NCBI GenBank assembly: GCA_010909165.1
Contig: MU008235.1
Span: forward strand, 1-64,000
Source: Anthoceros angustus
Lineage: Eukaryota; Plantae; Anthocerotophyta
Length of the DNA: 64,000 bases
Direction of reading: 5' to 3'
The notes under the pieces were generated by a model, which worked only from the letters and a program-made list of their open reading frames with translations, did not search any database and was not told where the DNA came from. The position numbers and the translations under genes were made by a program. Below are positions 24,193 through 37,872 of the stretch, one piece after another; the stretch's first letter is position 1, and the number at the start of each line of letters is the position of its first letter.

Positions 24193-26392
24193 TTATAAAA
24201 TGTCATAAAACGGGATGCCTATATATGCCAACATGCATGGATGCCATATGTGAAAGTGGTGGACAATCGCGTTGCCATGGTGTTTTAGGCATGTGAATGC
24301 CACATGTGCACATATAGGTGGTACAACTCCGAGTTTGTGCCCTGCGAAATGGCATGCATGGCACATGAGCGGTGGCATGCCCTAGACTTACGCCGCCTCT
24401 CCTCTTGCCCCTCTTCCCCATCACCAGGGGTTACCTCACCTCCCCTCGGCCACCATCACTCGCAGCCTCGCTCACTTTGTCGCTGCCATCGCGCGCAGTG
24501 ACTCGCTGGCCTTCCGACCATGGTTTGGGACGTTGACTTTGAAGATTTGGTCAAGCCGCTCGCTTAAGCTCGAACAACGCCGCCAATCCGCCGCGGATGT
24601 CGTGCCCATAACGCCACCGCTTGGAAGGAGGAGAGGTGGGGCCCATCGACCGCTGCGCCCACGCCGAGAGGGAGAGTGCCGGAAGCCGGAAAATGGTCCA
24701 GCAAGGACTGGCGCAGGTCAGACGCCCAACGGCCGGATGGAAGCACGGGATGGTGGAAGCGGCAAGTGAGGTGGGCGCGGTCGTGGAGAAAGCCGATTCC
24801 ACCGGGCGGGAGAGGGTGGATGCTCATGGCGTGGAGCGGAAGCGAGAGAGGGAGGGTGGAGGGGAGCAACCTTCACACAGGAGTGAGGTCAAGAGGAGGG
24901 CGCGATGCTCAGGAAGCGGCCGGAAGGGAGGGTGTCTCCAATGTGGGGAGCTAAACGCAAGCTTCTGCAGGAGAGATCTGCTGAGGAGGGATCTCGCCAG
25001 CGACATCCGGAGGAACGAGGACATTGGCCTGAGTCCGGAGCTTGAGGGTCAGGTCCAACTTGAGGAGCATGGTGGTGGTGCACAAGAGGGGACCGTGGTC
25101 AGGGCCGAGAGATGGCATACGTTTTGTGGACCTTCTCGGTGGCGACGACAACCCCAACAACGTGGCGGGAGGGAGCCTTTGGAGGAGGAGGAAACTCGCA
25201 GGGAGTGAGACTCTGGGTGGACGCGTGGAGGAGGGCCAAGGAGCGCCTATGATGGTGAGGAGGCGGTGAGGAGGAGGACACCAGCGCGAGGATGGGGGAG
25301 AGCGAGCGAGGAGGAAGATGTGGAGATGGCGGATGCCGAGGTCGAGGAAGACATGCCGACTACATTGCCACATGAAATTGGAGAATTGACGGAGCACCGG
25401 TAAGCCATTAGGCGATGTCATGTGTTAAAAGTGCTACATGGCGTGGTGGTGGTATGGTCATGGAGGCTATGGAGGGTGGATAGAGAATGAGGAGGCGATG
25501 AAGAGTCGTCCGATGAGGAAGGACGAGTGAGGAAGGCCTTCCACCAACGTGTTGGAGCTAGTGTGTGCAAAATGGAGTTGATGATGCCATGGTCGAGCCA
25601 CGAGTTTGCGAGAAAGATCGTGAGGAAGGTAGAGTATGAGTTTGCAAGTATAGGCGAGGATATTGTGGCTGTGTTTGCAGTGCATCGCGGACAAGGAACC
25701 ACAATGTGGGCAAGAAGGTGCAAGTCGCAATTCGGAGGGAGAAGGGAAGGATGCAAAATGGTTGCATCCGCCTAATGTGAGCAGAAGGCATGGAGAAAGG
25801 CCGGAGCAAGCCGTGGTGACGTGTAAGCATGGTGGTGTGTGGCCAACACCACAAAAGCCGCCGAACGCCGGCAAGAATTAAGCACGAGCATGGGACGAAT
25901 CCCTTTGGTCCAAGAGGGAGCAAAGGAGTTCGAGAAACGTATGTCCAACGGGAGGGAGCGCAACTCGATGAGTTGAAGTGGGCAGCAAGGCATGGATTGA
26001 CAAAGATGCCGAGTAATCGAGTGGTAGTCGCTGACGCTAATGGAATGCTTGGTTGTGATATGTAGGTTTCGCTATGTAGGACGGAGGTGATGTGTGCATG
26101 ACCGCAGGGAAGAAGGGAAGGAAAAGCGGTGGAAGGTGAAGGCCAGTCGTGAAGGAAGGCATGTAACCCAAGTGGAGAGAAGGAAGATGGAGGAAGGTGC
26201 CAACAGGGAGCGCCACCGTGGGAGTGAGGCAACGTGGATGGTGGGGATCACGGAGGTGTGATGGTACACCGACAAGGCGTATCACACGATCCGTGTCAAA
26301 AGCGTGAGTAGGGTGGCAACCCTGACCGAGAGATTGAATGCTATTCGCTTGTCAGAATTGTGGAAGTGGTGATTTGGCAGCCTATGGGGAGG

Positions 26393-26768
26393 TGAAGGGC
26401 TAGCCATTGAGGCTAGTGGTCGAATGCCGCCCACGGAAGGTGGACCACACCAGAGGAAACGAGGAGGTCTTGGCGAAGAGGGTCAAGCAAAGACAACGGG
26501 TGTTGAAGCTGCAAGAGGAGTCCGAGCCTGACGGTGGCGAAGGGGTGTAGGCGCAAGTGACATAGGAATGGTTGGCGCCTATGGGGCCGAGTGAAGGGCT
26601 AGCCATTGAGGCTAGTGGGTGAATGCCATTACGGAAGGTGGACCACACGGGGAAGCGAGGAGGTCTTGGCGAAGAGGGTCAAGCAAAGACAACGGGTGTT
26701 GAAGCAAGAGGAGTCGAGTCGGACGGTGGCGAAGGGGTGTAGGCGCAAGTGACATAGGAATGGTTGGT
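26393..26768. repeat. Tandem duplication of a ~200-bp unit
   Basis: gaagggctagccattgaggctagtgg...ggcgcaagtgacataggaatggttgg occurs twice back to back. Confidence 0.9.
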
Positions 26769-28074
26769 ACGATCTATGGGTAGGGGGCCGTTTGTGGAGG
26801 GGAATGAATGGTCGAGATGTTTTCTCATGGACGATGGAGTCGCCAGGCATGGGTGGACGGTGATGGTCAATTAGCAACAAACAAGAGGGAATTGGTCTTC
26901 CCACCTTTGTAGCCTAGCATTGACATGGGTCCTCTGTCAAAGTGGTTATAGAGGTCACGGATAGGTGTAGGAAGATGTGGAGGAACCACGAAACCATTGG
27001 TGTTGGTCTCAAGAGTCACCAAGTGACGCCGCCCGCCTGTGAGGCACATGTTGGTGGTGCATGACGCTATGCCCATATCACGTGGAGTTCGACATTGCAA
27101 GGAAACAAAGTGCAAGGGATAGAGGACGCTTGAAGTGTCCAAAAATTTGATTTAAATTGTCAATAAAATCAAACACTTAGATATGTAAGGTATGAGAGTG
27201 ACGTAAGGGTTAGCACATATATATTATTATATAAACAAGTCTTGATGCCTATATACGACGTATATGTACAAAGAGGCATATAAATACACTAATATAATAT
27301 AAGTATAGATGGATGTGTACATATATGTACACATACTTACACATACTTATGTCTTGAAGCCTACAAACATATATATGTATATTGAGTATATGCAAAGGAG
27401 GTAAAAGGAAGGAAGGACAGCCTAGAGAGAGAGGTCATTGTAACAAGCAAGTTGAAAGAGGAATAGTGGAAGAGTATAAAATGGTTGTGATAGGGAGGTC
27501 CTTCTCACGGTCATGAAGGAGGAGGAGAAGTGAAAGAGTATAAAAGGGTGTGATAAGGGGCAATAAATAGGAGGGTGAGGTGAGAGGAGAGAGACCAAGT
27601 ATTGTGTTAAGATGGGGTGAGAAGGTGGATAAGAAAAGGACACCTTGAACACCAAGCCACCATAAAGTGTTGCAATTTTGAAGTGGTACATGAAGTGAGA
27701 GACCAAGCATTGTGTTAGGATGGTGGGAGATGGAAGAGAAAGAATGGACCAACTTAACACCAAGCCATCAAACCATGTTGAAGTTGGAAGTGGTACATAA
27801 AATTGCAACACGGTATAAGGGCGGTGGGAAATTATTAACAATGCTTGTGAGAGAGGGGTACCTAAAGGAGGTGGGAAGAGAGTGCAGTTCGTGTTAAGAT
27901 GGTCGCACCAAACGGGGACAACTAACAAACTTAATACCAACCCTCCAAAACATGTTGCAATGTGGAAGTGTAACAAAAAATTGCAACATCGACTGTAACA
28001 TAGAGTGCCCTTTTCTAGTAGGGAGGGGATGCTTCTATCTCCTCGTGATGGAGTCCTTGAGGCTTTTTCATACT

Positions 28075-31000
28075 TTCTCTCCGAGTAACCGTGTAGACAC
28101 CGTTTACGTCCTTCAAAGTTGAATCTTTCTAGTAACTGGCTTACGTAATGCTCTTGATGGATAAAAAAGGTGTGCTCTTCCTTTTTGAATTCAAACTGTA
28201 CTCCTAGTGCATAGCGCATAGGTCCCATATCAACGACATCGCATTTCCTTTGATAGCATGTGCTGTCCCTTGACATATCAGAGCAACTTCGTGGTCATAC
28301 CGAATATAAAGTCATGTCGCCGTCACGCATGATAGTGATCATGTAAATGTCTTCGTGGATGTAAATGTCTTCGTGGATGTAAATGGTCCGTGTTTGAGAT
28401 GAGAGGGATGAAGCCACATTTCTTCAGGTATCTGTCCACAGTCTCATTCCATACTTGTGCAGACTGTTTCAATCCGTAGATGGATTTAAGCAGCTTACAT
28501 ACCTTGCCGTTGTCCTTTACAAACCCCGTGATCACATGTAAATGTCTTTCAAGCAGTCCAACACAAAACGCACGATCTTCTTGACGCTCACCGTGTATAT
28601 GCAAGTAATGATGGGCAGCAAAGGCTAAGAGGATCCGAATAGATGTGGCCTTGATGACTGGGTTGAAAAGTCTGTTCTCCTCGTAGTCGAAGCCTGATAC
28701 CTGGATGAAACCACGGGCTACCAATCTGGACTTGTACCTTGAGTTTCCTTCTAAAAGTCCATTTACAAGAGATTGGTTTTCGCCCACTAGGCAAGTCAGT
28801 GAGCTTCCAGGTTTTGTTAGCGATTAGTGAGTTGTATTCAGACTAAATTGATGCGTTCCATTCAGGTGTTCTGAGGGCTTCTTCTATGCTTGCAGGTACA
28901 TCCTGCATCTTGATTGCAGAAAGGGCTTGACGCAGGGCAAGTTGGGCTGGATCAGCATCGGGGGCTTGTGCGGGAGCTGGTACCTCTTGAGGTGGGATGA
29001 CTGGTTGGCGAGAAAAGGAATCTCTAGGGACAGAAGGTGGGTTCCTCCGTAGGTGGCTTGGTGGTCGATGGCGTGTAGAGCGCCTTACAGGAGGAGGATT
29101 CAGGTTCTGGCTTGGGTACCTTAGGTTCTGGAATATGATTTATCTCCAGGTCATGAGCATGTAGTGGCGCCTGAGCTGGAGTAGCTCGAGCATGTGGAAG
29201 TGCCTGGACTGGAGCAGGGTAGATGATCTGATTCTCCTCTTGAGCTTGCATGTCATCTTCATCATAGTGTGTGGCCCCCTCAAGGTCAAGAGGGAAAGGA
29301 GCCTAATCGGCAAGGAGAAGGCCTGACATGCTGGTAGCTGGTAGAGAGGTAGAAAGAGAGGCGAGATAGGAGTTGAGGATGAGAGACTCATGGAAATGGA
29401 CACTGCGGGAAAGGATTACCTCTTTGGTGGATTGATCAAAAAGGCGGTAAGCTTTGACCTGGTCTCAATAGCTAATAAGGAGAAGCTTGCAGCTCTTGTC
29501 ATCCCATTTGCGACGAGTGGCATCTGGGATATGTGCAAAGGCAGGGCTGCCAAAAATGCGGAGATGGGAGATCCTGGGTTTGTTACCCTGTCTCAGAAGG
29601 GTGTGGTGCTGGCAATTTTAGTTGGAAGCTCGTTTGAGGTAGTTTGCAGTGACGTGCTACTGGCCTACCTAGTAACCGCGAGAGACAGAGAGCTTCGTAG
29701 ATGGATCTGGCGGCCAGCAAGGGGTTATGAGTGGCGTGTAGTACTTGTCGGTGGCGGAGGATCCCCTTGGATCGGCAGAACTCATGAAATGTTGTGCTTG
29801 TGTATTCTCCGCGATTGTCAGTGCAGAGAGTGCATACTTGGAACCCTGCTTGGCATTCTACTGCTAGCACAAACTCTTGAAAACAGGTTAGGGCCTCGTC
29901 CTTATGGCAGAGAAAGTAAATGTGGCAATACCTGCTCCACTCGTCCAAAAGGTAAGGAAGTAGGAGTGGCCTCCAAAGCTGTGTGTGCTCATAGGGCCGC
30001 AGATGTTGGAGTGTACAGTCTCCAGGAGTCGTCAAGCTGTAGTTGGTGAAGGATCTTTGAAGGGAAGGTGAGTCAACTTGGAATATTAGCAAATCTCGCA
30101 GAAAAAATCCCTTATGGACTTGATGCTAACGGGATCCTTGTACATTGCAGGGTTGGCTAAAGCGTCCAGGTAACGAGGATTGATGTGGCCAGCCCGGCAG
30201 TGCCATAGCAAGGTATTGTTGTGAGAGGCTGGTGAAGAGCTGTCTGCTACGAGTGATGATGAAGACTGTAAGTTGAGCAAGTACAAATTGTTGTAGGGAA
30301 GTCCATGTGCCAGCGCTGTTTGTGTCTTGTCCTTCGAGTGATATATAGTGCAGTGATTTCCGCGGAATGTGATGGTAAGATCATGCTCTGACGCCAGCCT
30401 CAATCGATGCGGGGAGGTTTTTGGTAATTGCGGTGCACGCGGATGCCTGCTGGTTACGATGAGGATTCCCCATTGGATGCGCCCCCAATGCAACCTCGCC
30501 TATTCCTTGGACAAGAAGTGAGCTGTCATCACCGAGCAGCACGTGCTGATCGAATAGCACGTCATGATAGGATGTAAACATCTCTTTGCTGCTGCAGATA
30601 TGTGTGGTTGCTCCTGTGTCCAGAAACCATCGACATTTGTTAGTCCTGGTTAGCATCAAACATATAGCTAGGATGGAGTTTGCTAGTGGTGACTTGGGAA
30701 TCGTCAGCAAGTTGAACTCGTTTCGAGGTAAGTCACGATGGAGTTCTCCCGATTGCTTCTTTCTGCATTCGTGCTCAAAGTGACTAGGGATTCGGCACCA
30801 GTTGCAGGGTCCCTTGCCGTTTTTCTTTTGTGGCTGGCGATTCGAATTGTTGAATCCCGTTGATGACTGCTGCTGTTGGTCAGAAGGTCTTCGGTTGGTG
30901 AAGCCTCCCCTTCCTCAACCTCGTCTTCCCCCTCGGCCGCGAGAGGTAAAAAGGGCATGGTTGGAGCCCTGGTTGGAGCGAGGGTTGCTTAATAATATCT

Positions 31001-32320
31001 GCTCGATTCTTCCTCCAGGATTGTGCCAACCACCGGGGTGTAAGCCGCAATTTTGATGTTGTAGCTTGGATGGCTTGTCGTGGGGAATTACGAGGAGGCA
31101 CGAAAGTCTTATAGGATGAAGGGAGAGATGTTAGCAATGCAACTGCGGCCTGGAGTTCTGTGACAGTTGTGCCATTGGCAGCAAGCCTAGCCCATGAGGA
31201 CCTAAAGTTGTGTATGTGCTGTTCTATGCTCTCATTATCCTTCATCTCAGCGAGTAAAAATGCCTTGTTGCGTTTATAAGTGACATTGAACTCTGGGATT
31301 GGAACATGTCTTTGAAAGTCTTCCAAATCCTGTAGGCTGTGGTCTGGCCTTGTATGTGCTGAAGCATTGTTTTATCTAATGCTGAGATAAGCACACTACG
31401 TGCTTTCTTGTCCTTCTTTAACCAGGCATCAATTTGATCTTGCGTGCCAGGGGGAACAAAGGTGAGCGAGGGGATTTTGGATGTCCCGTCAATAACGTCC
31501 ATAAGATCGTGGTCCTCTAGAAGTGAGGTAACGTGCATTTCCCATACATCAAAGTCGGTTCCGTTGAATTGGTCTCGATCACGGAACTCAATCTTTGTAG
31601 TGTTAATGATAGTGGGAACCAAAGGCTGTTGAGCCATGGTTCTTCTAAATCTAAGCTTGTGGTGCTTTAGAGGGTCGAAACTGAGCATGCGTCGGCTGTA
31701 ACTAAAATCGGCCGCTGATGGAGATTCTCTCTATCGCTAGGTGAAGTGCTTCGATTTGGTACTCGATGGCTGAAAGCTGTGATTTCAGGTCCTCATGTGT
31801 GACAGTTGTCTTTGTATGGAACATGCCTAAGTGATTGCGAGATGGTCCTGTAGACAAGGGGTTAGCAAAGCGTCGTGATGGGCCTGAGTAGCTTGAGCGG
31901 CATGCTGGAGTGGGCACGCATCGGGGGTGAATCCAATGCCTCAAGTCATTTGTGCGATGCACTCGCTGCAGATGACATGTCTCGGTAGCAGCATCCGGCC
32001 CATAGGTGAGTAGGATGCCGGAGTGCGCTTTCGAGCCATTTTGCCAATTTTAGGATCGTTGGCGCTGATTGCCGTTTGTGCTGTGCAACGCCATAGCGAG
32101 AGATTTGCGAAGACCAGGCGCGGGGCGCATGTGAGGCACCGAACGGCAATGAGCGCGGCAGCTCTAATACCATAAACACTGGCACAAGATTACTGGCAAT
32201 GCATAGGAATCGATAATTTACTGATACACAAACTTGTTCTTATACTGTATAGGAGTTGGTTCTGTAACTGTTTGTATGGTTATGAATGATAACCATACAA
32301 ACTGCTCTGATAACTAGTCA
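28075..32320 (-). mobile_element. Ty1/copia retrotransposon (5' LTR, PBS, gag-pol), 3'-truncated after RT
   Basis: PBS gctctaatacca at 32161-32172; gag FNGTDFDVWEMHVTSLLEDHDLMD..WLKKDKKARSVL; protease WFLDTGATTHICSSKEMF; LWHCRAGHIN; integrase LCTDNRGEY; RT YKSRLVARGFIQVSGFDYEE and LLKSIYGLKQS. Confidence 0.93.
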
Positions 32321-33007
32321 CTTATGCCCCTAAGCACGAAACGTGCCCTAAAGTTTGCTAGCCAGTGGGGTCCAGAACCCTCTCGCTAAAACCCCGATCC
32401 GTGGCGGATGTGCGACAGTTCTTCAACATTCCGTAGTATGGTACCTCCCAGGCCTGGCACTTCTGTTGATGACCTGGGCCTGCGTGCCTCTGGCCCTTGC
32501 TTAGGTGACGGGCTGCATCATGATGGTGGATGGAGCCCTCCATGATCCTGCCCCATTCCTTGCGAGCTTACTCCGGGGGACAAGCTGTTGCCAGGCCCTA
32601 ACTCACGGCAGGTTGCTGGGGCCTGCTGCCCTTCATCCGCGGGCCCCTCCTTCCAGGCTTCCCATTCACCTTCACATTTTGTCGAAGCTCGACAAGTTAT
32701 GGTAGTATTGGGGGATGTCGCCCCGTACTCTTGATCTCGATCCTGGCTGTGCTAACGCGTGGTCATTCACCTGCAACAGCTGGAACTCCATTGTGGATTG
32801 TTTGGAGGAATTGCACGATATGGAGGTGTTGCTTGTCAAGATATGGAGGCAGGATCACCACAAGGACGCTTCTGTACTTTGGCGTTTAATTATAAAGCCT
32901 GCTTTCTCGAAAAAAAAAATAGCTCTTTTGAGTGGCTTGGGGGCAAAAATAGAACCATTGGGTTGCCCATGCCTATGTTTCCTTAGCCAATTGTGGATCT
33001 CCCTCCT

Positions 33008-33324
33008 CTTTACACACTTATTTGAACATGGGCGCAATCAAAGGTTGTTTAGTGTTAGCCCTCTTTGGTAAGCAAGTACTTAGACCCAAGAATGAAAATG
33101 TTTTGAAAATACCTATAGGTAGGTAGTCTTCTAGATAGGATCCTCATCTAGAGATACCTATTTCCTGCTCATCTTTACACACTTGTTTGAACATGGACGC
33201 AATCGAAGATTGTTTAGTGTTTGCCCTCTTTGGTCAGCAAGTACCTAGACCCAAGAATGAAAATGTTTCGAAAATACCTATAGGTAGGTAATCTTATAGA
33301 CATGATCCTCATCTAGAGATACCT
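33008..33324. repeat. Tandem duplication with ~165-bp period
   Basis: ctttacacactt..gaaaatacctataggtaggta..atcctcatctagagatacct occurs twice. Confidence 0.88.
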
Positions 33325-35176
33325 GTAAAGGAAACGGAACTATATTAGCCTTAATACTTCTATAGATAACTAAATAAACACTTTATTGAGTTTCTTGAAG
33401 GCTTTATTAGTTTAATTTATCGGGTTAAGAAACCTTAAAATATAGCTTATGTACAAAATACCCAATTCAAGAAAAATATTATATTTTTAATTAAAAACCA
33501 TTAAACTATTTTGATACATGTTGAAATTTCACCTTTTGAAAAAAATAGATTTTCAACGAAGGGCCACCCAAAACTATGCCCCTGCGATACCTATGCAAGT
33601 ACCTTTGTACATATTTACAAAATTCAATTCTCACAGATGAGATTCCCTTCATGGTGGATTAGACAGTCCTTCGAGGTTTTTTTATCCTCATTCCTTCATG
33701 GTTGATTAGACAGTCCTTCGGGTGTTTCTATCACAGCCGAAGCCTAGACCTATAAATCTTCAGAGTCGATTGCCAAAGTAAGTTAACACCCTCATTTGCG
33801 TTCTATATCCTTAAATAAATTATTAATAATATATGATTAAATTACATGTACTTTGATGAACGATGTGCATGACATATATTTTATATAATATATTATTATA
33901 TTTAAAGAAGTACTCAAATATCAAATAAGCATCCCTTATTTTATGCATAAAGAGTTAAAGCAAAGTATCTTGATATGTGTTAAATGGAAGAGGTGAAGAT
34001 TCACCTTTAATGAGCTTCCGTATTTAGTCGTTGACTAGAATGTTTAATTCGTTAATTAGCTCGATGTAGCTCACCAAAAATCTCTTCTACAACTTATAAG
34101 TACAAGGCCCTTTCTTATCCTCCGATCACAAGATTCTTAGGGCAGTAGGTAGTTAGTTTTGAGAAAAATGATCGCGGGAGTTAGTCCCCCATGGCCTGGT
34201 CCCCTTTGTTGGGTTGACCACTTTTTTTCGATGTAGATGATGTTTTTTCCATCTCTTTTCTTTTTACATAAAGTCTCTCCATTCACTACTTATAAGTACA
34301 AGAGTTTTTTCAAGTTCTATTTTAACAAGAAGTGCATAGTAAATATTCTTCATTCACGTAATATTATAATGAAACTTTATGGACCGGAACTCACACCTCA
34401 AACATATGTGGTAGATTATTTATGTGCATAGCAACTAGATTCTCGAGAACTTATTGACCTTTGACTATTGCACTTCAGCAAGCACTTGGTGAAGCAAACT
34501 TGAGATTCGCAAACAACCTTCCAAAGAAATTTGTGTATACAACACAATTTTTCATAGATGGAAATCAAACTCGGGCAACACTCATGAATTAAATTTCATG
34601 CTACTATGAAAATTTTGATGGAAATAAGAAAACAATCTTCGAGTTTATAAAATACTACTACCATATAGGCACATTTCTTGGCTATCAACTCATCACGAAT
34701 GTATTGAATGCAAGTTTTACATCTATATATCGTACAATAGAGTAAGGGCAGTTTATAGATATCACATGTACAAGTTTTAAATAAAAAATAGATATATATT
34801 TTATATAATAAATAAAATAAATCATGTTCGAGTCATGAGTCAACTTCTCTATGAGGCTCCCAAGCTCACATTATCCGTTGTTCTAGCCACCTCCATCTCT
34901 ACCCTCACACTTTCGACTCTGCAACTCGCAGCCAGGCCTGGGCCCTCACCGGGTGGCAAACGTCCCCTTTAAGAGTGATATAGTAGCGAGGAGTTCATTG
35001 GAACTCCATTGTTAAACAACTCTATGGACATATCACTATCGATTACTCTAGCTCTTGTCCTTGGTGCCTTCTCTCTCTCTGTTCTAAAGTCCTTCACTGT
35101 TAAGATGGGATACTTCGCACCCCGATTTCTCTAGCTCTTGCCTTTGGTGGCTTATCTTTATTCTAAAGTCCTTCGG

Positions 35177-35418
35177 GGCCCTAATATATGATCTTTGCTA
35201 CCTTCCCTGCTTGGAGGCAGCCTAATATATGATGTTTGCTGCCTAGCCCGCTTCAGGGCCGCCTAATTTATGATCTTTGCTGCCTGGCCCGCTTCAGGGC
35301 CGCCTAACATTACGACCTTTGCTGCCGGGCCCGCTTCAGGGCCGCCTAATATATGATCTTTGGCTGCCTGGCCCGCTTTAGGGCCGCCTAATATATGATC
35401 TTAGGCTGCCTGGCCCGC
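35177..35418. repeat. Minisatellite, ~40-bp unit x6
   Basis: Unit gccgcctaatatatgatctttgctgcctggcccgcttcagg repeated head to tail with no spacers. Confidence 0.9.
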
Positions 35419-35706
35419 AAAAAGAGCTGCTATTGTAAGCATATGAAGCTCTTCAGAGCCGCCCGATATGGGATGTAAAGTCCTTTGGGTCGTCTAAATC
35501 ACATCGGGTGCCATAGCGTCTGCTACCGTTCCTCCAGTCTCTCTGTCTGTGTCTTTTACCACTACCAAACAAAATATGTTCATTGGGGAATCCCACACAA
35601 CTTATGACAGCTCCGGAAACTCAAACATACCGGATGCATGGACGACGCAAGTATTAGTCTAAGCGGCTAGCCCAGGCCACAGGAGACCTGGCTAACCAAT
35701 GGCAAA

Positions 35707-37536
35707 TCAAAAGATTCCTAAGCTAAGTATCCCGTCTATAAGTCCTTCCTTCTTTTTCTTGTCCTTGTTCTTCTTTTTGTCTTTGCCTTTGCCTTCCTTG
35801 CCCTCCTTGTACTTGCCGTGCTCTCCATACCCATGATGCTCACCCCCCGCTGGGTAGCCTGCTGGGGTATAATGTCCATGCTGAGCCGGAGGATAACCAT
35901 AGGGGGCAGGGGCATACCCCGGAGCCGAAGGATAGGGGGTGTGAGGGTAGGCAGGAGCACTGGGGTAGTGGCCCTCCTCGTACTTGTGCTTGTCCTTACC
36001 CTCCGTGTGCTTGTCCTTGCCCTCCTTGTGCTTGTCCTTCCCCTCCTTGTGCTTGTCCCAGTCCTTCCCTTCGCCATGCTTGTCCTTGATCTTGCCCTCC
36101 TTGTGCTTCTCTTTCTCGTGACCTGCAGCAGCATAACCATGCACATCTCTCTCGAAACCTGTTGTAGAATAGCCATGGACCTGAGGAGCTACTGCTCCAT
36201 ACGGCTGAGGAGGGTATCCCTGTGACGATGGATACCCCTGGGGAGGGTAGTAGCCCGGAGCTTGCGGCGGGTAACCCTGAGGAGGATAGCCGGCTTGGGC
36301 AGGGTAAGCTCCTGCCTGATGAGCCTGATTAGGAGGTGGGTAGGAACCAGGTGGTTGTGGATAAGGGGCAGCTTGGTAGGGCGGAGCAGCAGGACCAGGA
36401 GGGGCTCCGGGATAGGCACCAGGAGGAGGGGGGTAGCCAGCTGGATACGAGCCACCTTGGTGTGGTGGAGGAGCGTGATAGGCAGCACCAGCACCAGCTG
36501 CAGCAGCTGGATGAGGAGGGTAGGCAGATGAAGGTGGGGCATAGGGACCTCCATGGTAAGCTGCTCCTGGAACTGGTGGTCCTGGAGGGTAGGAATGACC
36601 ACTCTGCTTTCCAGCTTTGTCCTACACAAGCACCACAAGACATCCACTCATCCCACGTAAGAGGATTCAGCGGAAGCTGCCTGCACCACCAACAAGCAAA
36701 AATTCAGTCTGAAAGCCCGCACCTTGGAACTGAAGGTTAGGCCGACCTTCACCACTCCCTGAGGTCTCCCCGACGGCCGTACGACTGAATAGGCCTGTAC
36801 TGGAACCTTGCCGGCGGAGAAGACGGGAACGAGCGGAATCCTGACCACCATGCACCGGCTCAGTAGAGTCACACAATGAAGCCAAAACCGATCCAAAGAT
36901 CCACAACGGGGGAGAAGAGAGCGACCAACATAAATGCGAGGGAGAAGAGAGCACACAACATAAATGCGGGCGAAGAAGAGAGCAAACAACATAAATGCGG
37001 ACGAAGAAGAGAGCACACAACATAATTGCGGGCGAAGAAGAGAGCACACACAACATAATTGCGGGGAAAAGAGGACAGGACGCGGCAACGTACACAGCTC
37101 CACCAATGTCATCATCCGTGCTGAGCGTGTTCTCATTCAGGATCCGAATGTAGAGCTCTGTGTCAACGTCATCCAGCTGGAAGGTGAAATTTTGGTTCCA
37201 CACCGGCCGTGTCCCATGATCTGGCAATCGAAGATGTATCATGTTCGTATCTCACACACATCCAACTACAAATCCAAACACACATCCAACTACAAATCCA
37301 AACACACATCCACCTTCTCCTACCTTCTGCGGTGAAGGTTCTCACGGCTGGCTTACCCCGAATGGATAAGAGAGCGTATGGATCCGATCTCCCTGTTAAC
37401 GTTCACAAAACAGGCGTCGGCTGCAAGCCACCGGACACACAGCAAAATGAGACACACAACGCATGTTACCGAACACTTCGGGATCCTTGATGCCCTCCGC
37501 TCCCACCAGGTGCACCTCCAACGTGCCTTTGGGCAT
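35707..37536 (-). CDS. C2-domain protein with Pro/Tyr/Gly-rich and Lys/His/Glu-rich C-terminal tail; exons 37536-37470, 37392-37324, 37220-37094, 36840-36723, 36621-35707
   Basis: Spliced: MPKGTLEVHLVGAEGIKDPEVFG-RSDPYALL..-DHGTRPVWNQNFTFQLDD..DDDIGGAV-IPLVPVFSAGKV..GLTFSSK-DKAG..YPP repeats..KDKHKEG repeats..LIDGILSLGIF*. All introns GT-AG with consistent phases. Confidence 0.9.
36910..37070. repeat. Intronic ~29-bp tandem repeat x5
   Basis: gaagaagagagcacacaacataa(a/t)tgcggg repeats inside intron 3 of the C2 gene. Confidence 0.85.
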
Positions 37537-37872
37537 CTTGACGACCTCGAGCTCCTAGCTATGCCAATGCAGACGTCAATGACGTTGATGAGCAGCCGAT
37601 CTCTCCTTTCCTTCGGGCGATCCCCTATCTCGCAGCCTCCACGAAGCAGGCGGGCTGAAAAAGTAAACTTGGTGAAGGATGAAGACTCTTGAGCCGGAAG
37701 GTCTTGTTCGCAGGACATTAAAAAATGTACAACTATGAACAGTTTATCTTCTTACTGTATGTAGGTTTGCTGCCCGTAGTAAATCGCGCACCTGATCCGC
37801 TCGATCTCCGCCCGCATGATCAGCTCATAGCATTTTGCCTCCGCTTACAATCTGTGATGATCTGTGATACTC
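37537..37872. promoter_or_regulatory. Short divergent intergenic region, probable bidirectional promoter
   Basis: Only ~336 bp separates the ATG of the C2 gene (-) and the ATG of the Trx/DUF179 gene (+). Confidence 0.55.

Noticed and set aside
29390-30049. 219-aa plus-strand ORF
   Set aside because: Antisense shadow of the copia integrase.
35177-35418. CRISPR-like regular ~40-bp repeats
   Set aside because: Units are contiguous with no unique spacers, there are no cas genes, and the context is eukaryotic. It is a minisatellite.
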